Counted from the first letter of the stretch, positions 34,701 through 47,524 are shown. The stretch: 64,000 nt of DNA from Azolla caroliniana (GCA_043228905.1 JBHGNT010000016.1:12214001-12278000), one strand, 5' to 3'. A program made the numbers and translations. Notes: a model not told the origin generated them from the letters alone.

Positions 34701-37227
34701 CAGAGACAACTCCAACTCCGACTCCGCTCAACCCGGAATTCACCCAACAAGAGATCGAGGATGAAGATCGCCTTATGTGCATATTCGAAGAAAGTCCGAT
34801 CACGACCCGATTGAGCGGACCACAAGAGCCTTTGAGCGATCAAAGCATATCACGGCCTAGCCCGAAGATGGACAAAGGCAAGGTGAAAATGTCGGAATAA
34901 GAAGACGATCGCTTCAACGACGATGAGTCGACTCACTCACTCGATAGTGAGTTCGGCGGTTTCGAGGTACCAATCGGAGCTAAGAAAGCCCTCATCTCTG
35001 CAAATGAAAAGCTCCGCCGATCCACTCGTGAAAAGAACCCCGTAAGCCGATTCAGCTACAACGATTATATGGCATACCATTATGCCTTTATGATGAAGGT
35101 AGCGACAGTATGGGAGCCGGAAACTTTTTCGGAAACCGCGAAGGACCCGCAATGGATCGAAGCAATGAACGAGGATATGCAGGCACTACGGAAGAACGAG
35201 ACGTGGGATCTCGTTCCCACCTCACCACACAAAAAGGCGATCAGATGAAGATGGATCTACAAGGTCAAGTATAACGCCGATGGCTCCGTAAATCGCTACA
35301 AAGCTTGACTCGTAGCGAAAGGATACGCTCAGACGCATGGCGTCGACTACGAAGAGACCTTTGCCCCGGTGGCAACGATGACGACGGTGCAGACCGTAAT
35401 TGCGCTTGCTGCGGCGAAAGGATGGCACCTCCATCAAATGGACGTCAAGAATGCCTTTCTACAAGGTGAATTAGAAGAGGAGGTGTACATGATACAACCA
35501 CCCGGCTTCAACTCGAGCACCCATCCGAAAGCTATATGCCGACTCAAGAAGACACTCTACGGCCTCAAGCAAGCACCGCGTGCTTGAGATTCGAAGATAA
35601 CGCAATATCTTCATCAAATTGGCTTCCGTATGTCAAAATCGGACAACTCCCTCTACATACGAAGCAATTCCGCAAGTCCTCTTGTGATCATCTTATATGT
35701 GGATGATCTATTCATTGGAGGTGAGCATCTCGTCGAAATCAATAAGTCAAATCTCTCCTTTCCAACAAGTTCGAGATGACGGACATGAAGGAGCTCCACT
35801 ACTTCCTCGGCATCGAGGTAATTCGGACTCCGGCCGGAATCATGATCTCTCAACGGCACTACATCCTCAACTTGTTATACAAGTTCGGGATGGCTGAGTG
35901 CAAATCCACGGCAACCCCACTCGATCGCAATCTCAAACTAGATGCGAACTCCGGCACCAAAGTGTGTGAGTCGACTCAGTATTGGCAACTCATCGGGAGT
36001 CTCATCTACCTCACGATCACACGACCCGATCTCAGTTATCCGGCTGATCTCCTTAGCCAATTCATGCAAACACCGCGTGATACTCACTTGGATTGCGCTA
36101 AGCGAGTTCTACGATACGTGAGCGGCACAATGGATTGCGGCATCCTCTACAAGACCGCGATGCCAATAGGACTCAAGGGGTACACCGACGCCAATTGGGC
36201 CGGCTACAAAGCCGATAGAAGATCAACCTCTGGATTTGTTTCCTCCCTCGGCAGCGGAGCAATATCCTGGAGTAGCAAGAAGCAGCCTACCGTCGCTCTT
36301 TCGAGTACGGAGGTGGAATACAGGGGCGTAGCCGTAGCTACATGTGAAGCCGTATGGCTCAAGAGGATTTTGAAGGATCTGGGCGTACCCATCAAGGATC
36401 TGACTTCCCTTTACTGCGACAACATGAGCAGTATTTATCTGGCTCGGAAACCGGTGTTCCACGCGCAAACAAAGCACTATCACTTCATCCGAGAGCGCGT
36501 TGTAGCTGGCGATGTCGACCTACAACATATTAGCACCAATCTTCAAATGGCCAACATTTTCACTAAAGCTTTAGGAGCCGACAAGCTATGGCAATTCATG
36601 ACCAATCTCGGATTGACGATCCCTGACTTGCCAAGCTTGAGGGGGAGTATGCAAGACACTACACAATAATGCGTAGATTCCGCAACCGCACACTACGCAA
36701 TAACGCGTGGATTCCGTAAACCACGCATCAAAGCCACGGAGAGCTGATTTACCGCGAAGAAAGACGCAAGCCGAAGCACAAACTTCGCAACTACGCACAA
36801 CGCAAGCTGGAGCACGGATTCTACAACTCCGCATAAAGCGAGCCGGCGCGAGTTGACGCGGACTCCGTAACGCGAGTTGAAGCGGATTTCGGATACCATC
36901 TGAAACCGACCCAATTTGAGCTTGAGGGGGCGTGTTGAGAATCAAGCTCAACTTGGTCTAGTGTGTGAACTCACCTTCAGAGTGAATAGACACTCCAACG
37001 GTCAAGAGTCACCATTAAGTCACCTCTTTGTATTCTAGCATTTAGTGTGAGTCATAGAATCATATTCTATGACACATAACTTATGAGCTTTCACATTCCC
37101 CATGATCCATGAGCCTTGTAGTTAATGAAGAGAGAGGGTGACTACATATAGCACCCTCCTCCCACCTTGTATGTTGTTGAGTTTATCTCCTTTGTCAATA
37201 TACTTTTACCTTGCGTATTCTTTGTGT

Positions 37228-37271
<44 letters not shown>

Positions 37272-37338
37272 CACACACATAACTCACATCTTTTCCACTT
37301 CTCTTCCGCTTCACAAGAATCATATCTGATTCTTTACA
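31796..37338 (+). mobile_element. Full-length Ty1/Copia element E (coding region disrupted)
   Basis: LTRs 31796-32174 and 36933-37338 (TG..CA); PBS TGGTATTAGAGCG 32175-32187; PPT ~36922-36932; TSD CATCT. Confidence 0.95.
32346..36669 (+). pseudogene. Copia E gag-pol with several frameshifts and stops
   Basis: Gag (NFASWEYKM), [62 protein letters not shown]. Confidence 0.93.
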
Positions 37339-37343
37339 CATCT

Positions 37344-38945
37344 GAATGAATAAGGTCGAACTTGTTACGACTACAGTTTCATTCGGTGGGGAATGGAAAC
37401 CGGCGTTGCTTCCCGAGTTGGCAGACTTGACATATTTGGTCCTTCCGGCCACTAAACTTTGGCAAACCGAAAACAACTTGTTTCATTTGCAAGACTTGAA
37501 GCCTCCGGTAATTGACGTGGTCGATCCGCTTGTGCCAGAGATCAATATCCGATTCAATCTTCTGTCCTTTGGCGAACAAAGCGGTGCCGACGTCATTGGT
37601 GTCGAGAATGAACATCCTCCCTTCTCTACGCCCTTGCACAATAATCTGGCCCTCTTCCTCGATGAAGCACCCGAGGTGTGTACACTGCACCTACATTCCC
37701 TAGTTGACAATCTGTCCAACCGACACCTGGTTCTTCGTGATGGTTGGAATGTGTAATACGTTCATTAGCTTCCCCCCCTGTCGAACGTGGCTCGAAGGGA
37801 CTTCTCTGACATGCACGATTGGGTGTGGAGTGTCGTCTCCGGTTTCGACAACTCCTGGTTGTTCCGGTTTCTCCAAGAAAGAGAACCACTCTTTGTGGCT
37901 CGTAATGTGATTTGATGCACCGGAATCAACGTACCACACTTCCTCCGATTTGGAAGTGGTCTTCTTCATTGAGTTAGCCTCGTGTTTCATCACCAAGGCT
38001 GGCCTTTACCGGCTTTCCCAGTTTTGGATCCTCCGGATCCTTCTGCGTAGTGCGAGTATTGCCAATTCTCTCTACCGGCCTTGCCGGATCCGGATTTGTC
38101 CGAATCGGCGCGCTTCTTCCAACATTTGCTTTCTCTATGGCCCTTTTTACCACAATACCAGCATTCCGTGTCGGCCTTTGATTGCCGGCCTCTGGCGTCG
38201 CCCTAACTCCCCCTGCTTGTGGAGGGTTTGGAACTGCTGTCAGCACGTTCTCTATGCCTTCGGTCCTGCTCTTGGCGGTCGCTACCATTGCGACCTGAGC
38301 CGCCTCATCCACTACGCCCACGGGGCCGATCCGCCTCCGTGTACAACATCGGGTTGTCGGTGGGTGCACTTGTTGAAGCACCGGCGTGGTTCTCCTCTAC
38401 AAGGAGCATTGACTATAAGTCGAAAAATGACAGCGTATTGTCCCTTGTACACACAGCAGTTCGGAACAGTCCGAACTTTGATGCCAAACCTCTGAGACAG
38501 ATTTGTACCATATCGGCTTCTTCGATATTCACATCGATGGAGGCCAGAGAGTCGCAAATGTCCTTGATTTTAGAGGTGTAGTCTGCCACCGACAAGTCGC
38601 GTTGTCATAGGTTGCTCAACTCTTGTCGGAGTTGAAGCTTCCTGGCTGTAGTGCTTGTGGCGAAAATCTTCTTCAGATTTCCCCAACCATCTATCGGTGT
38701 TTTTGCATCCCAAATGTAGCTTAGGAGCTATTCGCCCACACAAGACGCGAAGCAGTACAGTACTCTGCTCGCCGACTGTTCCCACACCGGGAAATCTCTG
38801 TGTGTCAATTCGGGTGCTATGTCATTTGCTCCATCGACATAGCTCCAGTAACCGTGCCGGAGTAGGTACTAGTGCATCTTGTAGGACCAAGATGTGTAAT
38901 TGTTTCTGTCGAGCTTCTCCGTCGGGAGCGAGCTAGCCATTCCTT
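37344..38945 (-). pseudogene. Copia C gag, protease and GAG-pre-integrase
   Basis: ICDSLASIDVNIEE..MVQICL, WYVDSGASNH, LWHKRI.HVN, CQVCQLGKQ. Confidence 0.9.
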
Positions 38946-39034
38946 TGTCCCTTACTTCTCTTTTTGTTCTTAGGGTTTGTCTTCAGATGCTGATGTCGGT
39001 TGTAGAGGTTCTCAACCCTCGCGCTCTAATATCA

Positions 39035-39472
39035 TGTAGAAATGAATAGTGTGCGGAAGCAATAGAAAACCGAACACAGAAACGCAGGTTTAATGGAGAG
39101 CTTGACAGTACGCGAGAGAGACATAGAAAGAACAGAACAAGTTAAATCTGTTTCAAATACAATAATAGTTCTCTGTACATAAGACGTGCTCAACAACACT
39201 ATTTATACAAGTCCTAAGTGGACTGACAGAAGTATTGTGTACTTCAATGCTCATAAGAGCGTCTAACACTAAATACGAGACTATTAACTACCTAATAGTC
39301 TAGGCTACTCCTAGGCTTCCGTTTACTGTTTGATCCAGCTAACCGGCTGCCCAGCTCACCAGCTCGCCAATCCGTCCAATCTGTCTCATCGATCCGGCTT
39401 CATCCTTCCAGATGTCGATCCGGCTCAGGCTTATTTAGCCGATCCGGATCCGGTTGAGCTTTCCGCTCAACT
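39035..39472 (-). repeat. 5' LTR of Copia C
   Basis: Direct repeat of 18709-19124; adjacent PBS remnant and TSD. Confidence 0.9.
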
Positions 39473-39477
39473 AAATG

Positions 39478-40525
39478 TAAATGAATGATGAACCCAATCA
39501 ATAGATAAAGAAGAGTTTTTATTAAAAAACCAGGCATAACCCAGTATTACCCGTTTGCACGTAGTAAATCATTGGGACCCAATACATAATGAGGGAAAGA
39601 ACATTAACAATTACTTAAATGATGTATATAGACCTTAAGGACATTCGGAATCTGACCTTTATGGTCTCCAGCTTTAACTTTGTTGTCGTGCTCTTTCCGT
39701 TGGAGCTTTCGACATTGTTCTTTTGTATGACCCTTCTTTTTGCAGAATACGCAAAAAGGATATTGTCGCTTACAATCGCGATCAATGAATTCGTTGGGTG
39801 TCTTGCGTTTCCCAGCGAATTGTGACTGCTTAGTCGCAGGCGCTTCGTTGGGTTTGTTATGGTCCTTCTTCGAAGTGTGTTGATAGCGAAGAACTATTTC
39901 AACGGCCTCTTCGAAGGATTTTGGATCCTTATCATGCACTATCCAATGATAGTCCTAATTGGGGATGCCATTGACAAAACAAGCTATTAACCAGTTGTCC
40001 CCTTCTAGACCCGATTTTTGGATTTGGGTTCTAGCATGGTGAACATAGTCTTTTAGCGAGGAAAACTTCCTAGTAGAAAGGTTCATTAAAGCTTGTGTTG
40101 CCTTGGTTCAAGAGGGAGGTTACAGAAATTGGCCCTTAAAAACTGTGACAAATTCTTTCCAGGTATCAGGCAATTTCCCCAAAATTCGGAGCCCACGTCA
40201 CTAGGTGGTGACCTTACCCCCTAGTTCTCGACCAACATATGCAATCTTCGTAATATCTGGTGTGGGGTAGAGCAAACCCTAAACCCTTCTTCGGTTCTTT
40301 CCTTTTTTCTCCCGTAAATGGCTTAACGACAAACGATGGTTTACCTTGTTGCTCATCAGGTCTATTAGTCTCACATTGTAAACTAATGACACGTACCTCG
40401 AGAGTAGTGAAAGTAAGGTATTGGCTTATTTGTGAAAAATACATCTCAATGGACATTTGTTCAGGAGGATTTCCTTGAGTTCCTTCCGCTTGAGCGGATG
40501 ACATCGGGTCGTTATTTTGAGCCAT
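39478..40525 (-). pseudogene. Element A gag and start of protease
   Basis: ORF pieces 40214-40525 and 39604-39939 with CVFCKKKGHTKEQC zinc knuckle. Confidence 0.8.
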
Positions 40526-42130
40526 TCAATGATTATTTCTGCCAAAGAAATAGGATAAGGTCAGACAAATAGTCATAACGTCATGTCGTAATGTAAACAT
40601 ATCATGGGTCAACATTTATCGATATCATGATCCCATGTCAATACCCCTCTAGACGTATGAGATGAGGTTCAAGATCAGGTTACTATGGTAACACAAAGGT
40701 GTTTTAAAAACCATGGGGGTGACAAATGAATGTCTTTCCCTAACGTCTATATCGTTTTTTTCATGGTGGCTCCCCGAGGCTCAACCATTTATGTTCGCGT
40801 CATGAATAGTTTATACACGAAAAAAATGTTAACAATAAACTATGTTTCGGTGCCCACATTTGTGGTTTTGGCTCTTTAAGTCCTACTATGAGGACCCCAA
40901 AGTGCACTTAGACCTCAAGTCTAAACATTTGTTATAGTCATATGTATCAACAATGTTGTATTGTCTTGGTCATATTTGAACTCGAGACCTCGAGAACAAA
41001 TGCATTAAACACTTGAGCCAACCAAGTACGTTGCTCTTCTTAAATGTTTAATATTTAATGCATATAAGAGATATGTCAGGCATTTACCCATATATGTTTT
41101 TTTAAAAGAAGCATATATATTAAGAGTCCTTATTTCCCCCTCGTTTACCGCAAACTTTTTTTGTACATTACCTAACGTCAAGTCTTGAAATTACGATGGC
41201 ATACGCCAAAGTGCAACCTAATGGTCAAGCCAAATGAGCCTTCTTTTCGTAGTAGGCCCACGTGGCCCATCACATGGTTACATCATTACAAATGCCTTTC
41301 GTAAGAATAACCTCATGGTGGCATCATATCCATGTAACGAGGGAGGGATGTTAGATATGTGTGTCATAGAGCGACCTCACATCAACTGGGTCAAGCCCTA
41401 TGTTCTCAACACCATTGTGGCTAAGATTGTTTCATTACGTAACCAAATCAAAGTCACCAACGGGGATGTCAACAATAAAAATTTGTTGAAAGGGGATGGT
41501 GACAATGCCATTCTCACAAAAATGTGAGGACGGCGACCAAGATCCTTTCCCCGAAAAGGAAAACATTCGATATTGAAATCACGTAATAACTTATATATAC
41601 ATATGTATATTATCACATATATACGATCAAATACATATACATGTGACCACATATGCATATATAAAAGAAATCATAATATAAAATAGCCAAAAATGATGTA
41701 ATCGAGATAAGTAGTCGAGGCATATACCCTCTACGCACACGAAACATATAAAAATAAGGGTTAATCGTAATACGCAATTGACGTATTGACCTCATACGCA
41801 TACGACACCAAACGCATATCATTTACATACAAATCAAGCTAATGACCTCATACGCAAACGTAACATATGTTTGTGAACGTAATACGTAATTGAGGTATTA
41901 ACCTCGTACGCGTACGACACTAATCACATATTAAATATATGTCAAATTGAGGTATTAACCTTGTGCACATATGTAAACGTTTTATATAACCAATTAATTA
42001 TCATTACGATATCATTGAATTAATAAATAAATAAAAATAGATATCACCATATACATGATTAGTAGAGAGAAGAAGAAATAGAAAAAAAACCAACAAAAGA
42101 AACATTAGAACCATAAGCTCTAATACCAAC

Positions 42131-42555
42131 TATTATAGATATGACCTAATGTAAGCATATGATAAGGATAAAAGAATGATAGATAGAAAGGAGAGAGAAA
42201 TAAGGGTGACGATCCACCTAACCACCCCCGAGCGAAGGGATCGAGATGGACTCGAGCCTCGATCAGCATCCCATACCACCGTCGTGGCGTCCAGTCGTAC
42301 CTGGTGTTGGCGCACTTGCTACAAGAGTTGACCCACCACAAGAACAGAGTCTCGACGTAGTCAAAAGATGGTCAAATGAGGGTAGTGACGCCTCTTATTC
42401 ATAGCGATACCCAAGGCCCCCAAGCAAGTTCACACTTGGCCTAATGGGTTGTCTCAATCCCGAGGATTAAAAGTAATCCTCCCCTTCTTTACACTCTCAT
42501 TTAACCCTCACACTTATCCACGTGTATAGAATATTATATGGTCATGCCCGTAACA
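42131..42555 (-). repeat. 5' LTR of element A
   Basis: Direct repeat of 8884-9301 with indels; PBS immediately internal. Confidence 0.9.
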
Positions 42556-42619
42556 CGAACTCCAACCGGAGACCTCTAGTGTGTGAGACTAACGTGATAA
42601 CCAACTACACCATCTAGAC
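42556..42619 (-). pseudogene. 5' part of tRNA-Val(CAC) split by element A (3' end at 8869-8883)
   Basis: Joining 8869-8883 to 42561-42619 restores a 74-nt module. Confidence 0.85.
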
Positions 42620-43329
42620 CCAATTGTCATCACTAATGTCATTTTTTGACATGAATTTGTTAATTAGACCAAGCGATTGGCATGTTACAATGACATTGAC
42701 ATAAGGACTTTGTAAGATTAGCATGAAAATCAACTATGCCTTTGTATGTTTGTCAAGTGGTAGTAGGATTTACCTATTAGAAGTCTTTGAAACTACTTAC
42801 TGTTTAGATTGAAAAAGATAGCACGAATGGACGCAAGAAATGAAGAATTCTTTTTGCTTTGCTTAATATATGTGCAGGACTTCTTGTTAGTTTAACTTAA
42901 TACTTGACTATATCGACACAATTACAATCAGACAACCGTGCAAATAAAAATAGCTATGATTCTAGTTAGTCTAAATAGCACTTCTCTTGTCAAAGTGTAG
43001 ACTGAAACCGGAGTAGCATGAAAATCAAATACACCATATAAACATATCAACGATGTCTATTTGTCTACCTTAATTTATCTTGGTGCAATAATGATTGAAC
43101 AATAGAGTGTTCTTAGCTGAATTTCAAGATATCATCTATTCGTAAAAGAGTACTTAAAAAAATGCAAATAAACCTGAACTCGAACTAGAGACCTCGATTG
43201 TGTAAGAGTTGCGTGATAACCAACTACATTATCTAGACCCAATTATGAAGGTTAATTTCATGAATTTAGATGAATTGGATACTTTCACTAAAGTGCTACA
43301 TGGGCATCCCATGTGGTACTAGCATTTTG

Positions 43330-44401
43330 CTCAAACAAGTCTCTAGAAAGAAACATATAGCCCTAATTGACACAAGAAATGAACATGTCGATTTTCTTGG
43401 CTTAAGGTACACACAAGAGTTCCACGTAGTTTCACCAAATATATACTGGTTCTATAAAGACAACTCAAACAAGTCTCTAGAAAGAAACATATAGCCCTAA
43501 TTGACACAAGAAATGAACATGTCGATTTTCTTGGCTTAAGGTACACACAAGAGTTCCACGTAGTTTCACCAAATATATACTAGTTCTATAAAGACAACTC
43601 AAACAAGTCTCTTGAAAGAAACATATAGCCCTAATTGACACAAGAAATGAACATGTCGATTTTCTTGGCTTAAGGTACACACAGGAGTTCCATGTAGTTT
43701 CACCAAATATATACTAGCTCTATGAAGATAGCTCAAACAAGTCTCTAGAAAGAAACATATAGCCCTAATTGACACAAGAAATGAACATGTCGAGTTTCTT
43801 GGCTTAAGGTATACACAAGAGTTCCACGTAGTTTCACCAAATATATACTAGTTCTATAAAGACAGCTCAAACAAATCTCTAGAAAGAAACATATAGCCCT
43901 AATTGACACAAGAAATGAACATGTCGATTTTCTTGGCTTAAGGTACACACAGGAGTTCCATGTAGTTTCACCAAATATATACTAGCTCTATGAAGATAGC
44001 TCAAACAAGTCTCTAGAAAGAAACATATAGCCCTAATTGACACAAGAAATGAACATGTCGAGTTTCTTGGCTTAAGGTAAACACAAGAGTTCCACGTAGT
44101 TTCACCAAATATATACTAGTTCTATAAAGACAGCTCAAACAAATCTCTAGAAAGAAACATATAGCCCTAATTGACACAAGAAATGAACATGTCGATTTTC
44201 TTGGCTTAAGGTACACACAGGAGTTCCATGTAGTTTCACCAAATATATACTAGCTCTATGAAGATAGCTCAAACAAGTCTCTAGAAAGAAACATATAGCC
44301 CTAATTGACACAAGAAATGAACATGTCGAGTTTCTTGGCTTAAGGTACACACAAGAGTTCCACGTAGTTTCACCAAATATATACTAGTTCTATAAAGACA
44401 G
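43330..44401. repeat. 134-bp tandem repeat, 8 copies, derived from the array spacer
   Basis: Unit CTCAAACAAGTCTCTAGAAAGAAACATATAGCCCTAATTG... recurs every 134 bp, near-identical. Confidence 0.97.
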
Positions 44402-44440
44402 ATACCAATTCTTCAACTCATTATACGTAAGATTTTTTGT

Positions 44441-44514
44441 TGTCCAAACCCGAACTGGAACCCAAGACCTCTAGCGTGTAAGACTAGCATGAAAACCAAC
44501 TACACTATTAGGAC
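44441..44514 (-). pseudogene. tRNA-Val(TAC)-type pseudogene
   Basis: Consensus match with TAC anticodon; B box mutated. Confidence 0.72.
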
Positions 44515-44765
44515 CCAATTGTCAAAACCGATTTCATGGATTCAAATGAATTTCTTCCTTTGATTGATGCGATGTCACAACTACATGGCCATCACGAGTT
44601 TCAATGTAGCCCATGTGGTACTGGCATTTCGCTCAAACATGTTTGTAGATTGAAATAAGTAGCACTAATTGACGCAAAAATGTAGACGTTGAATTTCTTG
44701 GCTATATAGTATTTTTCTAAAGACGGATACCAATTATTCTACTCATTCTATGTAGCATCTTTTCT

Positions 44766-44839
44766 TTTCCAAACCCGCACTTGAACTGGAGGTCTCTACT
44801 GTGTTAGACTAGGGTGATAACAAATTACACCATCTAGAC
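44766..44839 (-). pseudogene. tRNA-Val(AAC)-type pseudogene
   Basis: Consensus match with AAC anticodon. Confidence 0.7.
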
Positions 44840-44957
44840 ATACTGAGAATAACTAGCTTGGATCGATGAATCAAAGACTAGTCTCAACTGAAGTGCAGAT
44901 TTCAATTTGAAAAGACTAAGTTAAAACATTGTTATTGTTGTAATAGACAAGATTATG

Positions 44958-45031
44958 TCTCCAAAACCGGACTCAAAATGGAGACCTCTAGTGTGTGACA
45001 CGAGCTTGATAAGAAACTACACCATCTGGAC
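44958..45031 (-). pseudogene. tRNA-Val(CAC)-type pseudogene
   Basis: Consensus match with CAC anticodon. Confidence 0.7.
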
Positions 45032-45744
45032 CCATTTGTCATTACTAATTTCATAGTTTGACATGAATTTGTTAATTGGACCAAGCGATTGGCATGTCAC
45101 AATGACATTGACATAACGACTTTGTAAGTTTGTGAAGTGGTAGTAGGATTTACGTTAGAGAAGTCTTTGGGACTACATACCATTTAGATTGAAAAAGATA
45201 GCACGAACAGGAGCAAGAAATGAAGAATTGTTTTTGCTTTGCTTAATATATGTGCAAGACTTGCAATTAGTTTAATTTATTACTTGACTATATCCACATA
45301 AATACAATCAGCCTACTGTGCAATGAACAATAGCTATGATTCTAGTCAGTCTAAATCGCACTTCTCTTGTCCTAACGTAGATTGAAACCGGAAACCTCAA
45401 ATGTGTTACAGTAGCCTGAAAATCAACTACACCATCAAACCCTATCAAGGATATCTATTTTTCCATCTTAATTAATGGTGTTGTAAAAAATCTTGAACAA
45501 TAGAGTATTCTTAGCTAAATTTCAAGATATCATTTATTCGTAAAAGAGTACTTCAAAAATTGCAAATAAACCCAGACTGGAACCGAAGACCTCTATTGTG
45601 TAAGTAAGCATGATAACCAACTACATTATGTGGACCCAATTGTGAAGAGTAATTTCATGGTTTAGTTGAATTGGAAACTTTCATTGAAGGGATGTCAAAA
45701 CTACAGGGCCAAGTTTTCTACTCATTCTATGTAAAAATGTTTTT

Positions 45745-45818
45745 TGTCTAAACACGAACTCAAACTGAAAACCTCTAGTGTGTAAGACTTGTGAGATAAG
45801 CAACTATATTATTTGGAC
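45745..45818 (-). pseudogene. tRNA-Val(TAC)-type pseudogene
   Basis: Consensus match with TAC anticodon. Confidence 0.7.
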
Positions 45819-46047
45819 CTAATTGCGAAAACCGATTTCATGGATTCAAATGAATTTGTTATTTTGACTGATGTGATGTCACAACTACATGCCCATCACG
45901 AGTTAGACTGTAGTCCATGTGGTAGTGGCATTTTGCTCAAACATGTCTATAGATTGTAACATATAGCACTCATTAACGCAAAAATGTAAACGTTGATTTT
46001 CTTGACTATATCGTATTTTTATACTTAGTCTATGTAACATCTTTTCT

Positions 46048-46121
46048 TGTCCAAACGCAGACTTGAACCGGAGACCTCTAGTGTGGTAGACTAGTGTGAT
46101 TACCAACCACACCATCTAGAC
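46048..46121 (-). pseudogene. tRNA-Val AAC-position module with anticodon mutated to ACC
   Basis: Anticodon arm CTAGT-CTACCAC-ACTAG. Confidence 0.7.
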
Positions 46122-46211
46122 ATCCTAAGAATAACTACCTTGGGAAATTCTAGCTATTAATTCAAAAAGAATAAGTTAAAACATTGTTGTTGTTATATCG
46201 ACAAGATCATG

Positions 46212-46285
46212 TATTCAAACCGGAACTCAAACCAGAGACCTCTAGTGTGTGAGACAAGCGTGATAACCAACTACACAATTTGGAC
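46212..46285 (-). pseudogene. tRNA-Val(CAC)-type pseudogene
   Basis: Consensus match with CAC anticodon. Confidence 0.72.
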
Positions 46286-46899
46286 CCATTTGTCGTTATT
46301 AATTTCATAGTTTTTCATGAATTTGTTAACTAGACCAAGTGATTGGCATGTAACAATGACATTGACATAACGACTTTGTAAGAGTAGCATGAAAATCAAC
46401 TACACCATCTAAACATATCAACGATATCTCTTTGTCTATCTTAATTAATGGTGGTGCAATCACGATTGAACAATAGAGTGTTCTTAGTTGAATTTCAAGA
46501 TATCATTTATTCGTAAAGTAGTACTCCAAAAAATGTAAATAAAACCAGACTCAAACCGCAAACCTCTATTGTGTAAGACTAAAGTGATAGCCAACTACAT
46601 TATCTGGACCCAATTGTGAAGATCAATTTCATGGATTTAGATGAATTCGATACACTCACTCAAGCGATGTCAAAATTACATGGGCATCACGAGTTTCAAT
46701 GTATCCCATGTGGTAGTGGCATTAAGCTCAAACAACTCTCTAGAAAGAAACATATAGCCCTAATTGACACAAGAAATGAACACGTTGATTTTCTTGGCTT
46801 AAGGTACATGCATGAGTTTCACTTAGTTTCACTAAATATATTCTAGTTCTCTAAAAATAGATATTGATTTTTCTACTCATTCTATGTAACATTTTTTGT

Positions 46900-46973
46900 T
46901 GTCCAAACACGGACTCAAACCGAAGACCTCTAGTGTGTAAGACTCACGTGATAACCAACTACACTATTTGGAT
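46900..46973 (-). pseudogene. tRNA-Val(TAC)-type pseudogene, fairly well preserved
   Basis: Consensus match with TAC anticodon; B box GGTTTGAGTCC. Confidence 0.75.
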
Positions 46974-47524
46974 CCAGTTGTGAAAACCAATTTCATGATT
47001 CAAATGAATTTGTTACTTTGATTAATACGATGTCACAACTACATGGCCATCATGAGTTTTGTTGAGATAGAAGCTCAACATTGGGTGCGTAAACCGGTCC
47101 GTCCACCAATGTGTAGGCTAGGTGTGTAAATTGCGTACGCAATGAGACGCCCTAGCGGTGCGTAAATCGGGAGGCCGTGGGAAAGATATTCCGCGAAGGA
47201 ATATATTTTGGGAGTTAGTGTAGGGGCTCATTGAGGAGAATTGAAGTACGTGTCAGTACTTCTGTCAGTCTGTATGGACTTGTATAAAAGTGCTCTCTGA
47301 GCACATTCTATGTACAGAGTGTTATGTTCATGGAATAGAATTGTTGTCTTCTCTGTGTCATATTTCCGAATTGTGTACTCTGTGTCTTTTACGCACACGC
47401 TTCCGCACGTATTCCTTTACATGGTATTAGAGCACGAGGGTTGAGACTCCTCTGCAGCGGACAGAAAAGCAACTGATAAAGACAGAGTGAAGTTTTTTCG
47501 ACTTTGGAAAAGATACGACAACAA

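Larger units (their letters stand above)
18709..39472 (-). mobile_element. Ty1/Copia element C (degenerate; host of D and E)
   Basis: LTRs 18709-19124 (truncated) and 39035-39472; TSD AAATG (18704-18708 / 39473-39477); PBS remnant ~39021-39034; gag/PR at 37344-38945, INT fragment 31672-31790, INT C-terminus/RT/RNase H at 19440-21919. Confidence 0.9.
8884..42555 (-). mobile_element. Ty3/Gypsy chromovirus LTR retrotransposon A (degenerate; host of the nested insertions)
   Basis: LTRs 8884-9301 and 42131-42555; PBS TGGTATTAGAGC (tRNA-iMet type, minus strand ~42117-42128); PPT 9302-9315; gag, RT, RNase H, integrase and chromodomain remnants in Gypsy order; decayed TSD CTGAC/CGAAC inside a tRNA-Val(CAC). 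Confidence 0.9.
42556..47059 (-). repeat. tRNA-Val array segment 3
   Basis: Modules at 42556 (remainder of the split CAC), 42988, 43165, 44441 (TAC), 44766 (AAC), 44958 (CAC), 45368, 45563, 45745 (TAC), 46048, 46212 (CAC), 46384 (fragment), 46536 and 46900 (TAC). Confidence 0.92.

Noticed and set aside
43343-44350. Five near-identical 67-aa ORFs
   Set aside because: Artefacts of the 134-bp tandem repeat.
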